From: Colwellia sp.
GTDB taxonomy: Bacteria; Pseudomonadota; Gammaproteobacteria; Enterobacterales; Alteromonadaceae
Reading direction: 5' to 3'
Length of the DNA: 64,000 nucleotides
Assembly (NCBI GenBank): GCA_042091395.1
Contig: JBELHN010000001.1
Span: 52,634-116,633, forward strand
Part shown: piece by piece, positions 20,465 to 29,517 of the stretch
How positions within the stretch are numbered: the stretch's first letter is position 1
Layout: each line of letters opens with the position of its first letter
Translations under genes and position numbers: made by a program
Notes under the pieces: model-generated
What the model saw: the letters and a program-made list of their open reading frames with translations, nothing else
Database searches by the model: none
What the model was told of the DNA's origin: nothing

Positions 20465-21277
20465 ATGGCTTTAGTAGTAAATAGTAATATCTCATCGTTG
20501 AACGCCCAGCGTCAATTAAGTAACTCCACAAATGAATTAAGTACCTCATATGAGCGCTTATCCTCTGGTAAACGCATCAATAGTGCTAAAGATGATGCAG
20601 CGGGCTTACAAATTGCGAGTCGTTTAACAGCTCAGGTAAATGGCTTGAATCAAGCATCTCGTAACGCTAATGATGGTATTTCACTAGCCCAAACTGCAGA
20701 GGGGGCATTAGATGAATATACTAATACTCTTCAACGTATGCGTACCTTAGCTGTTCAATCTTCAAATGGTTCAAATACCACAGCAGATAGAAACGCCTTG
20801 AATGCTGAATACACAGAATTAGAGAATGAACTTGTCCGTATTGCAAGTCAAACCAGTTTTGGTGGCGTTGACCTTCTTAATGGTACTTATACAGCAAGCT
20901 TCCAAGTTGGTGCTGATGCAGCGCAGATTATCGAGATTTCAATCTCGACAAACTTTGCTACAACAGTAGGTTTAGCTGGTGGTGTCGATACTTTTACCAA
21001 TGCACAGGCCGCTATTAATAAAATGGATAGCGCATTAGCAGAGGTAACCAGTGTTCGAGCCGACTTAGGTGCAAAACAAAACCGCTTTAGTTCTGTTATA
21101 CGTAGTAATGACAATACAGCACAAAACGTTTCAGCGTCACGCTCACGTATTGAAGATGCTGATTATGCTAAAGAGTCAGCACAATTAGCACGTAATAGTG
21201 TATTGCAGCAAGCATCAAGCTCAATGTTAGCGCAAGCTAACCAGCAGCCACAAATAGCTTTGTCGCTATTACAATAA
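20465..21277 (+). CDS. flaA: Flagellin (short, ~270 aa, D0/D1-only type), paralogue 1
   Basis: [18 protein letters not shown]...[19 protein letters not shown]... with C-terminus [19 protein letters not shown] chose the start at MALVV. The symbol is by analogy to Shewanella/Vibrio naming. Confidence 0.95.
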   Translation: MALVVNSNISSLNAQRQLSNSTNELSTSYERLSSGKRINSAKDDAAGLQIASRLTAQVNGLNQASRNANDGISLAQTAEGALDEYTNTLQRMRTLAVQSSNGSNTTADRNALNAEYTELENELVRIASQTSFGGVDLLNGTYTASFQVGADAAQIIEISISTNFATTVGLAGGVDTFTNAQAAINKMDSALAEVTSVRADLGAKQNRFSSVIRSNDNTAQNVSASRSRIEDADYAKESAQLARNSVLQQASSSMLAQANQQPQIALSLLQ

Positions 21278-21300
21278 ATTAACGGATAATTTATTTTTAA

Positions 21301-21328
21301 AAAGCCTCTTTGGAGGCTTTTGGGTTTT
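21301..21328 (+). terminator. Rho-independent terminator after flagellin 1
   Basis: AAAGCCTC-TTTG-GAGGCTTT hairpin followed by TGGGTTTT. Confidence 0.65.
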
Positions 21329-21428
21329 ATAAGTAAAAATTTAATAAAAAATAAAATTTTTTTACTTAATTATATCAATGCTTAATGCTGTTTTTTTATG
21401 TTATTTAAAAATAATTTTATAGTTTTAC

Positions 21429-21455
21429 TAAAGTTATTTTTTGAGTGCCCGATAA
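21429..21455 (+). promoter_or_regulatory. Sigma-28 promoter of second flagellin gene
   Basis: TAAAGTTA-N11-CCCGATAA against the consensus TAAAGTTT-N11-GCCGATAA. Confidence 0.75.
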
Positions 21456-21551
21456 AGTTTGTGAGCGGAGTTACTAATATATATTTCGAGTAACTTTAAA
21501 TATTTTAATTACAAATAATATATTAAGAGTGCAATCACTCGGGAGTTCAAC

Positions 21552-22361
21552 ATGGCTTTATCGGTTAACAGTAATATTTCATCATTAAATGCACAACGTC
21601 AGTTATCAAGATCAACTAACGATCTGAGTGTTTCATACGAACGTTTATCTTCTGGTAAACGTATCAATAGTGCAAAAGATGATGCAGCGGGTTTACAAAT
21701 TTCAAGTCGTTTGACTTCACAAATTAATGGCTTAAACCAAGCAACTCGTAACGCTAACGATGCAATCTCTTTATCACAAACAGCTGAAGGTGCGTTAGAC
21801 GAATATACGAATACTGTTCAACGTATGCGTACATTAGCAGTTCAGTCTTCAAACGGTTCAAACACTACAGCAGATAGAACCGCATTGAATGCAGAATACA
21901 CAGAATTAGAAAATGAGTTGGTTAGAATTGCAAGTCAAACAAGTTTTGGTGGCGTTGACCTTCTTAATGGTACTTACACAGCAAGTTTTCAAGTAGGTGC
22001 TGATGCAGGCCAACTTATCGAAATTTCGGTTTCTACTAACTTCGCTACTGTAGTAGGTACTGCCGGTGGTATTGATACTTTTACCAATGCACAGACCGCC
22101 ATTACTAAAATGGATAGTGCATTAGCAGTAGTGAATGGTGTTCGTGCAGACTTAGGTGCGAAACAAAACCGCTTCAGCTCAGTTATTCGTAGTAACGATA
22201 ATACAGCTCAGAACGTATCAGCGTCACGTTCACGTGTTGAAGATGCCGATTATGCTAAAGAGTCAGCTCAGTTAGCACGTAACAGTGTATTACAACAAGC
22301 ATCAAGTTCAATGCTAGCTCAAGCAAACCAACAACCACAAATAGCATTGTCACTGTTATAA
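21552..22361 (+). CDS. flaB: Flagellin (short type), paralogue 2
   Basis: 269 aa, differing from paralogue 1 by roughly two dozen substitutions (about 90% identity by eye). Confidence 0.95.
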   Translation: MALSVNSNISSLNAQRQLSRSTNDLSVSYERLSSGKRINSAKDDAAGLQISSRLTSQINGLNQATRNANDAISLSQTAEGALDEYTNTVQRMRTLAVQSSNGSNTTADRTALNAEYTELENELVRIASQTSFGGVDLLNGTYTASFQVGADAGQLIEISVSTNFATVVGTAGGIDTFTNAQTAITKMDSALAVVNGVRADLGAKQNRFSSVIRSNDNTAQNVSASRSRVEDADYAKESAQLARNSVLQQASSSMLAQANQQPQIALSLL

Positions 22362-22392
22362 TTGATAGATAAAGCTTAAAGGTTCGGTTATT

Positions 22393-22429
22393 AAGGGAGC
22401 TTGTTTTCAAGCTCCCTTAATTGTTTTTT
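22393..22429 (+). terminator. Rho-independent terminator after flagellin 2
   Basis: 11-bp stem AAGGGAGCTTG-TTTT-CAAGCTCCCTT followed by AATTGTTTTTT. Confidence 0.7.
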
Positions 22430-22452
22430 AATACAAGCTAGAGGTGAGTATT

Positions 22453-22890
22453 ATGAGTCAGGATTTAAGTTTTAATAACACAGAAGCTAATTTTTCTACT
22501 CAAGCAGTAGTCATTCCTAAGAATAAGAAGCTGAGTAATAATAATGTTACTGCCCAAAAAGTGGAAGAAGGTGCTAGTATTAGTGATAAATTTCTACAAT
22601 TATCAGCAGATAAAGAAACTAGTCCTAAAATCGCGGGTGAGGTTAGTGAAGACGAAGTTAACGAAGCGTTAGAGGTTGTCTCAAGCTACATTAAAAATGC
22701 TTTTAAGGATGTGGCTTTTTCTAATGATACTAATTCTGGAAAAACCGTAATAAAAGTGACTGATAAAGAAACACAAGAATTAATTAGTCAATTTCCAAGT
22801 GACAAAATATTGTCAATGGCTAAAAAAATTAAAAGTTTACACCAAGAAATTGAAGCAGTTTCAGGTTTGTTGGTTGACCGACACGTTTAG
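22453..22890 (+). CDS. flaG: FlaG family flagellar protein
   Basis: ATG lies 8 nt after GAGG. A FlaG-like C-terminal block is present (SGKTVIKVTDKETQELISQFPSDKIL). Position is upstream of fliD. Confidence 0.8.
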   Translation: MSQDLSFNNTEANFSTQAVVIPKNKKLSNNNVTAQKVEEGASISDKFLQLSADKETSPKIAGEVSEDEVNEALEVVSSYIKNAFKDVAFSNDTNSGKTVIKVTDKETQELISQFPSDKILSMAKKIKSLHQEIEAVSGLLVDRHV

Positions 22891-22948
22891 TGTTTTAGTT
22901 AAATCAATTGTTAGTCCTATCAGGATTATTCGTTAAGAGGAGATAGTT

Positions 22949-24322
22949 ATGGCAGTTACAAGCTTAGGTATAGGCTCAGGAATAGACCTAGAAAGTCTTG
23001 TTGTGGCGTATATTGATGCTGAAGCGATCCCTCAAGAAATTCGACTACAAGAAAAAGAAGAACGATTAAACCTTGAGCTTTCTGGCGTAGGTAGCTTTAA
23101 ATCAGCATTATCTTCGTTTAATGATATTTTAACTAAATTATCAGATGTCGACGCATTTAATAAACAAGTTACAGCATCTGACAGCTCTGCAGTAGAAGTT
23201 AAAACCAATGGTTTTGCTAGTAATGGCAGCTTTGAAATTGATGTAGAGCAGATAGCACAGGGCAGTAGGCGTCAGTCAACCTTGCAAGGTGCCTCTACAG
23301 ATATTTTAGGCGCAGGAACACTCACATTTAATGCTGGCTCGGAAACTTTTGATGTGACGATTGGTGCTTCAGATACCTTGAGTGATATTAGAGATAGCAT
23401 TAACGCTCAGGCTGAAAATTTTGGTGTGACAGCAAATATTATTAACACAGATGCGGGCACATACCTAGTATACAACTCAGAGGTTAGCGGCGACGTTAAT
23501 AATTTAACGGTATCTTCTACAGGCAGTGCCGCACTGAATAATATCTCTAGTTTGTCGACTCAAGGAGTCGATGATGTTGCACAAGATGCGAGAGTTTATG
23601 TGGATGGAAATTTAATTACCAGCGACACTAATGAATTCAATAATAGTATTGAAGATATCACTTTTACGGTCAGTGAAGTGACTACAGTCGGCTCACCAGC
23701 AACCATCTCTGTTAGTCAAGATTCTGAATACGGTAATGAATTAATAGATGAATTTATCTCGGGCTACAATGCTCTCGTCGATAATTTGACGGGGCTAGCA
23801 GCACCTAAACAAGGTCGATTAGCATTTGATCCAAACGTTCGTCAGGTGAAACAAGACCTTGTTAATACCGTTATTGAAACTGTTAGTGGTGTTTCAGGCT
23901 CGTTCAGTGCCTTGTCAGATATAGGCTTAGAGCTTGATCGAAACGGTAATTTACGAAAGTCTACCTTTAGTTCTGCTAATATTTCCAGTGGTCAAGAAAA
24001 ACTTGATTACGCATTAGAAAATAAATTAGCAGATCTTGGCGAGCTATTTGCATCATCAAATGGTATAGCCACTCAAATGTCGAATATGATTGATGGCTAT
24101 ATCTCAAGTGATGGCGTTTTAACACAACGTCAAAACACACTAAATGAGAGAGTTAGTGGAATTGCTGATGAGTACGCAAATTTAGAGGATCGCTTAAGGT
24201 CTTATGAAGAGACGTTAAGAAAACAGTTTACTTATTTAGACTCTACAATTTCACAATATAATGCAACATCTTCTTATTTGACTGGAGTTTTAGCAGGATT
24301 AACTCCTAAATCTGATGACTAG
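22949..24322 (+). CDS. fliD: Filament cap protein FliD
   Basis: 457 aa. N-terminus reads SLGIGSGIDLESLV and the C-terminal coiled coil contains RLRSYEETLRKQFTYLDSTISQYN. Confidence 0.9.
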   Translation: MAVTSLGIGSGIDLESLVVAYIDAEAIPQEIRLQEKEERLNLELSGVGSFKSALSSFNDILTKLSDVDAFNKQVTASDSSAVEVKTNGFASNGSFEIDVEQIAQGSRRQSTLQGASTDILGAGTLTFNAGSETFDVTIGASDTLSDIRDSINAQAENFGVTANIINTDAGTYLVYNSEVSGDVNNLTVSSTGSAALNNISSLSTQGVDDVAQDARVYVDGNLITSDTNEFNNSIEDITFTVSEVTTVGSPATISVSQDSEYGNELIDEFISGYNALVDNLTGLAAPKQGRLAFDPNVRQVKQDLVNTVIETVSGVSGSFSALSDIGLELDRNGNLRKSTFSSANISSGQEKLDYALENKLADLGELFASSNGIATQMSNMIDGYISSDGVLTQRQNTLNERVSGIADEYANLEDRLRSYEETLRKQFTYLDSTISQYNATSSYLTGVLAGLTPKSDD

Positions 24323-24360
24323 ATAAGGTATTTCTATTAAATTTACTTATAGGTGAAAAT

Positions 24361-24786
24361 ATGCGAAACAATTTAAAGGCATATAAGCAAGTAGACCGAG
24401 AGAGCGCAGTAATTGCTGCAGACCCTCATACAATTATTAGCATGCTATTTAATGGGGTTTTTGAAAGTCTTTCTGTCGCTAAAGGTGCAATTAACCGCAA
24501 AGAGTTCGAGCTTAAATCTCAACAGCTAAGCAAAGCAATGAGTATTATCCGCTCTTTGCAAGATTGTTTAGACCATGATTCGCAACCGCAGATTTCTGAT
24601 AACTTTTACCAGTTATATGGTTACTGTATTGAGCGTTTAACTGATGTAACAACTTCTTTAGATGTTAAGGCTATTGATGAAGTTACTGAGTTACTTAAGC
24701 CTTTGAGTGAAGCTTGGCAGACAATGCCTAACGCCGATAAAGAAGAAGGCATTTCCTTATTAAAGTCCAAAGAATTAGCTAGTTAA
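24361..24786 (+). CDS. fliS: Flagellin-specific chaperone FliS
   Basis: 141 aa with the FliS helical-bundle pattern (AYKQVDRES..., MLFNGVFESL, YCIERL). Confidence 0.9.
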   Translation: MRNNLKAYKQVDRESAVIAADPHTIISMLFNGVFESLSVAKGAINRKEFELKSQQLSKAMSIIRSLQDCLDHDSQPQISDNFYQLYGYCIERLTDVTTSLDVKAIDEVTELLKPLSEAWQTMPNADKEEGISLLKSKELAS

Positions 24787-25121
24787 TGCTTAGTGATAAT
24801 GTGTTTTTATCATTATCTAATAGCATTAGAGAGCTTACCCAGACAGCTAATAAATTTGTTGAAAAAAATGACATAGAGCAATGCAATATTGCTCTAGTTG
24901 AACGACAAAAATTGCTTGAAAAACTCTGTGATAACCTACCACCATCTTCTGAAATGAGTTCCGAATTTAATGACCAACTACTTGAGTTGTTGACCTGGGT
25001 TCAAGGACAAGACAAATCTAGCTCAGAGGAGTTAATGTCCAAACGGCAAGAAAATATGTCAAAATCCATTAAACAGCATCAAGCTAGAAAAGCTTTGAAA
25101 CATTATAATAACCTACTATAA
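24786..25121 (+). CDS. Hypothetical helical protein, possible FliT/FleP-like chaperone
   Basis: 111 aa with its start overlapping the fliS stop (TAATG). It occupies the slot between fliS and the master regulator that FliT/FleP holds in Pseudomonas-type clusters. The assignment rests on position and predicted helicity only. Confidence 0.35.
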   Translation: MLSDNVFLSLSNSIRELTQTANKFVEKNDIEQCNIALVERQKLLEKLCDNLPPSSEMSSEFNDQLLELLTWVQGQDKSSSEELMSKRQENMSKSIKQHQARKALKHYNNLL

Positions 25122-25131
25122 GTGAGCTAGC

Positions 25132-27285
25132 GTGAGTAACCCATTCGAAAGTTTAACAGAAGCAGAGCAACAGCTTGAACAAATGAAGCAGTCTAACTTG
25201 TCAGTAGAAGAACATGAAAAGCTATTGCAAGCAGCAGCAGATCAGATGTCATTATTAGTCTCTAGTGATGAAGATTTAATGGCTAACTATGATGTTAATA
25301 TGGCTGCTTTTAAAAATTATTACCCTGATATATATAGTTTCTTTTCTACCTACCAACCAGTGAAAACCGGTATTGATACTACAAATGGTTTTGTAAATGC
25401 ACTAAATTCTGAAACAGGTAACTACTTGTATGCTTACCCTTCCTATCTAGAAACTTTGGTTCAATTTGAGAAATTTAAAAAATTGCCAAATATTAAACGC
25501 TTTAATTTTAATTTTGATGTTGAAAAAGGTAACGAAGCTAATTTTATTCATGTTGACTTTTTAGATAAGATGCTTGATTTATTGCCCCAAAAAAGTGACG
25601 AGGCCAAAGAAAATAAAAAAAACCTCAGCGGGTTAATTGTTTTTGGTGTTGGGGCGGGTTATCACTTAGAGTTAATCTCACAATATTATAATATTTCTTG
25701 TATCAATATTGCTGAGCCAGATTTAGATTTGTTTTTTGTTTCATTATTCAGTGTCAATTGGGATATGATCCTCAACAATTTTGATAGAAAGGGTACAAGG
25801 GTTTTTATCTCTCTTGGTGAGCAAAAAGATACCTTTTTTGAAGATTTTATGAAGTCAAGCCATAACAATGGACGCTATCAGTTATCACATGTTGCCGGTT
25901 ATATTCACTATAAAACCCCTGAAATCAACTCTATGCTAAATGAGTTTAATCGTCGCTATACAGAAATGGGACAAGGGTTAGGCTTTTTCGATGATGCGGT
26001 TATGTCGATTGGACATATGTTAGGGAATTTAAAAAACCAAGTTCCTCTACTAAGAAAAATGGCTGTCTTAGAGAATAAGGTGTCAGAGGTGCCCCTATTT
26101 ATCGTAGGAAACGGCCCTTCTTTAGATGAGCTTGTTGACACAATTAAAGCTTATCAAGATAGAGCAATTGTGATTAGTTGTGGTAGTGCATTAAGCGCAT
26201 TATACAAATATGGTATTAAACCAGACTTCCATTGTGAACAAGAGCGGACTTTCCCTGTTGCTGAAAAAATTACCCACTATTGTCCTGCAGAGTTTTTAGA
26301 AGGCATCATACTCTTAGCACCAACGACAGTTCACCCAGAAGTATATACATTATTTGATCGTAAAATGATGGCCGCGAAACAACATGAACCTTCTTCAGCA
26401 TTATTAGTAAGGGATGTCGAAGGTACTGAGCTTTTTACATCTTATCACTTTATTAATCCAACGGTGGCGAATACTGCACTTGTTATGGGGTATAACTTAG
26501 GCTTTAAAAACTTTTTCCTATGCGGCATCGACTTAGGCCATAGAAGAGGTGACTTACATCATAGTAAAAAGAGTCTTTATTATAACGATCAATTAGAAGA
26601 CAAAGATCTGTATGAAATAAAAGATATAGACCAAATAGAAGTGCCAGGAAACTTTGGTGGCACATTTATTTGTGACCCATTTTTTAATCAGTCGAATTTC
26701 AGCTTGAGTAAACAAATTCTTGGTTGTGCTGATTTAAATTGTTATAACTTGAGTGATGGTGCTTTGATCCCCGGCAGTATTCCGACAAAAGTTAATGAAC
26801 TCGCGCCATTATTTGAGTCAAAGCTGGTTTTAGAAAAAAGCAAGCTAGTTAGTCAAACCTATGCCAATGCTATTCATGAAGATAAAGGTTTATTGCTCTA
26901 TAACCGTTTAGTTGACAATTTGGATTATGCATTATTTGATGAGACTTGCGAGAGGTTAATTAAACTAAATAAATCCTCTGTAGAAACCATTCGTGAAGCT
27001 TCTGATTTACTGTTGATGAATACCGATTTAATCCGTAAAACTAATGATCACATTCATGATTTATTAATTGGTACAGTTATGCACATTCAAGTAATACTGA
27101 CCCAATTGCTCTATGAAGCAAGTAATGATGAAGAATCTCTTGAACTGTTTAATAAAGGTTTAGCTATTTATCGAGACTTTTTAGCAGTTGCTCCTGTTTA
27201 TTATCGAGATAATGCAGAAAATGCTCACTATGTATTAGATTGTCAGTGGATTGTTAAATTAAGAAATACTCCTCCTTCGGTATAG
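25132..27285 (+). CDS. maf: Motility accessory factor (Maf/DUF115, MptE-like) putative flagellin nonulosonic-acid glycosyltransferase
   Basis: 717 aa with a GTG start 10 nt after the preceding stop. The central DUF115 signature is LFIVGNGPSLDE...ISCGSALS...GIKPDFHCEQER...CGIDLG. Confidence 0.8.
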   Translation: MSNPFESLTEAEQQLEQMKQSNLSVEEHEKLLQAAADQMSLLVSSDEDLMANYDVNMAAFKNYYPDIYSFFSTYQPVKTGIDTTNGFVNALNSETGNYLYAYPSYLETLVQFEKFKKLPNIKRFNFNFDVEKGNEANFIHVDFLDKMLDLLPQKSDEAKENKKNLSGLIVFGVGAGYHLELISQYYNISCINIAEPDLDLFFVSLFSVNWDMILNNFDRKGTRVFISLGEQKDTFFEDFMKSSHNNGRYQLSHVAGYIHYKTPEINSMLNEFNRRYTEMGQGLGFFDDAVMSIGHMLGNLKNQVPLLRKMAVLENKVSEVPLFIVGNGPSLDELVDTIKAYQDRAIVISCGSALSALYKYGIKPDFHCEQERTFPVAEKITHYCPAEFLEGIILLAPTTVHPEVYTLFDRKMMAAKQHEPSSALLVRDVEGTELFTSYHFINPTVANTALVMGYNLGFKNFFLCGIDLGHRRGDLHHSKKSLYYNDQLEDKDLYEIKDIDQIEVPGNFGGTFICDPFFNQSNFSLSKQILGCADLNCYNLSDGALIPGSIPTKVNELAPLFESKLVLEKSKLVSQTYANAIHEDKGLLLYNRLVDNLDYALFDETCERLIKLNKSSVETIREASDLLLMNTDLIRKTNDHIHDLLIGTVMHIQVILTQLLYEASNDEESLELFNKGLAIYRDFLAVAPVYYRDNAENAHYVLDCQWIVKLRNTPPSV

Positions 27286-27295
27286 GTTACTTATT

Positions 27296-28597
27296 TTGTC
27301 TATATATGATGATAATTTATCTGTTATCTCTCGGAGATGGCCACAACTCTCTAGCCAAATAGCTTTAACTCAATATCAAGTAGCTCAAGTACAACTTGTT
27401 GAAGATAAACAGGTATCATTAGTTTTTGATAATATTCAACTTGCGAGTAGTCACGATCAAGTTGCTGAAGCGAGTTGTCAACTTGAACAGCTAAATATAA
27501 CGAGCAAAAAAGTTACACTATATGGTAGCACGTTAGGTACTATTCAAACCTTGTTACTCGCACGTCAGCAGTTGAGTCAACTTTCTATCGTTATATTAAA
27601 TCTTACCGTGTTTAAAGCGTGTTTATCGTATTTTGATCAACGCTCCTGGCTCGAAGATAAACGAGTTCTGCTCAGGACTTCTGAACAAAATGAACAATTA
27701 AGCCGTCCATTTATTGCTTTACCTGCTGCGTTAACGTTAGCGAGTGAAGAAAGTTCGCCATTAAGGGATCGAGTGTGCTTAGCTTTAGACCACGATTTTA
27801 TTAATGAAAAACGAGGTGTTAATAATAAGGCGTTATTAGCGCAATTGAATAGCAATATTAATTATATTAAAAAGGATCTTGATGTAAAACGTTTATTTTT
27901 ATCTAAGAATAACAAAAGCTTTATAGTCTGTGGTGCAGGGCCAACTCTCGCTGAACATTATGATTTTTTGTCACTTAAAAATACTCGTGATAACTTTACG
28001 CTTGTCGCTGTAGATGCTGCGGTTATACCACTTTTTAACAATGGCATAATGCCAGATATTGTGGTTTCGATTGACCCTGTCGCCAAAAAACTATTCAAAG
28101 GTGTAAATATGGCCTACTTTAAAAAAGTGCCTTTAGTGTATTTTCCCGTCATTAGTGAGTCATTATTATCTGCGTGGCAAGGGCCTAGGTATACCGCTTA
28201 CTCTAAGGGAGAGCTGTACAATAGTATTAACGGTATACACGCTAAAGGGCGTCTTTATTGTGGCGGTAGCGTTATTCATCCGGCCATTGATCTTGTTATT
28301 CAAATGGGAGCAAATAAAGTGTTATTGCTTGGGGCTGATTTTTCATTTCCAGGTGGGAAGACTCATACTCACTGGCGAGAAGATGTTTCTGATGATGCAG
28401 TTCATATTACTGTTGAAAAATCACCTCACTGGGTTCTCAATGGCTTTAATGAACGTGTTCCTACGCTATTGAACTATCGAGGGTATTTAAGGGATTTAGA
28501 AGACTATATTAGTTTGGTCAAGCATGTTGATTTTTATAATGGTAGTCGAAAAGGCGCGACCATTAGAGGCACAAGAATTTGGCCTCCTACTTCATAA
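27296..28597 (+). CDS. Second, shorter DUF115/Maf-like protein
   Basis: 433 aa with a TTG start. DUF115 core reads FIVCGAGPTLAEH...VAVDAA...PDIVVSIDP...LLLGADFSF. It lacks the long N- and C-terminal regions of the first Maf. Confidence 0.7.
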   Translation: MSIYDDNLSVISRRWPQLSSQIALTQYQVAQVQLVEDKQVSLVFDNIQLASSHDQVAEASCQLEQLNITSKKVTLYGSTLGTIQTLLLARQQLSQLSIVILNLTVFKACLSYFDQRSWLEDKRVLLRTSEQNEQLSRPFIALPAALTLASEESSPLRDRVCLALDHDFINEKRGVNNKALLAQLNSNINYIKKDLDVKRLFLSKNNKSFIVCGAGPTLAEHYDFLSLKNTRDNFTLVAVDAAVIPLFNNGIMPDIVVSIDPVAKKLFKGVNMAYFKKVPLVYFPVISESLLSAWQGPRYTAYSKGELYNSINGIHAKGRLYCGGSVIHPAIDLVIQMGANKVLLLGADFSFPGGKTHTHWREDVSDDAVHITVEKSPHWVLNGFNERVPTLLNYRGYLRDLEDYISLVKHVDFYNGSRKGATIRGTRIWPPTS

Positions 28598-28621
28598 TAT
28601 TGATAGAAATAATAATTAAAT

Positions 28622-28876
28622 ATGTATTATAAAAAACTTTTAGAAAAAATTGACCAGACTAGTATTGCTTTTTTACAAGCTAGAGAAGGGCAAGCTAATG
28701 AACTATTAACTGAAGTTTTTGATGATCTTATGAAGTTATCTGACTTTTTTACACCTGAAACGTTAAAGATATTAACGCAATTATTAGCAATTATGCATGA
28801 TGCTCAGCAGCGACGAGATCATGTTTATTTGGTAGATATTTTGCAATACGAAATTCCTAAGTACCTTAAATATTAG
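28622..28876 (+). CDS. Hypothetical 84-aa helical protein
   Basis: ORF directly downstream of the second maf. No family was recognised. Its 3' end overlaps the convergent GNAT gene by 11 nt. Confidence 0.4.
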   Translation: MYYKKLLEKIDQTSIAFLQAREGQANELLTEVFDDLMKLSDFFTPETLKILTQLLAIMHDAQQRRDHVYLVDILQYEIPKYLKY

Positions 28877-29456
28877 GTTGTATTGAAATTGTGGGGAGTA
28901 CTTCCGCTTGGTGATCAAACATGCACACTTGAACTAGATCACAAGGCCTTCCCTTATAGGTATAGTGCTGTGTATAAATACAATCATCAACATACCCTGA
29001 CTTTATGAACGCTTTCGTGCTTGCAGGATTAACATCGTAAGCGGCAGCACAGAGTTTCCTTAATTTCAATACTTTAAAGCCATATTGAGAAATTAGCCTA
29101 ATGGCTTGTGTTGCTATGCCTTTACCCCAACATGACTTATCACCAATAAATAAACTGATATGGGCAATGTTGTGCATATAGTTAATATGGCCCACTTTAA
29201 TATTGCCAATATGCCGGTCATTGTCTTGTAACTTTATCGTAAATAAAAACTCATGAGGTGAGGTTATTGATGACTCAATTGTAGTGAGAACACTCTTTAA
29301 GGTTTGTGGTGAAAAGCGGACTTCTAAATATTCATTTATAGCTTCGTCATTAAGCCAGTCAACATATGCGTCAGATAGATCGGCTAAGGAAATTGATTGT
29401 AAGTAAATTTCCTTAACGTGTTCACTTTCAATTTTAATATTTTTATTTAATGTCAT
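28866..29456 (-). CDS. GNAT-family N-acetyltransferase (RimJ/RimL-like)
   Basis: 196 aa with the acetyl-CoA binding block CWGKGIATQAIRLISQYGF. It is the last gene of the minus-strand sugar operon. Confidence 0.75.
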   Translation of the reverse strand: MTLNKNIKIESEHVKEIYLQSISLADLSDAYVDWLNDEAINEYLEVRFSPQTLKSVLTTIESSITSPHEFLFTIKLQDNDRHIGNIKVGHINYMHNIAHISLFIGDKSCWGKGIATQAIRLISQYGFKVLKLRKLCAAAYDVNPASTKAFIKSGYVDDCIYTQHYTYKGRPCDLVQVCMFDHQAEVLPTISIQPNI

Positions 29457-29517
29457 ACTTAACCACTCTATTTACTAGAAGATACTCGTCTTATCCAGCA
29501 GCTTTGATTAGGCGAAT

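Noticed and set aside
22225-22260. GCCGATTA in the 3' coding part of flaB as a possible sigma-28 -10 element for flaG.
   Set aside because: No acceptable TAAAGTTT-like -35 lies 11 nt upstream. The sequence simply encodes the conserved flagellin peptide EDADYAK, and the equivalent codons occur in flaA.
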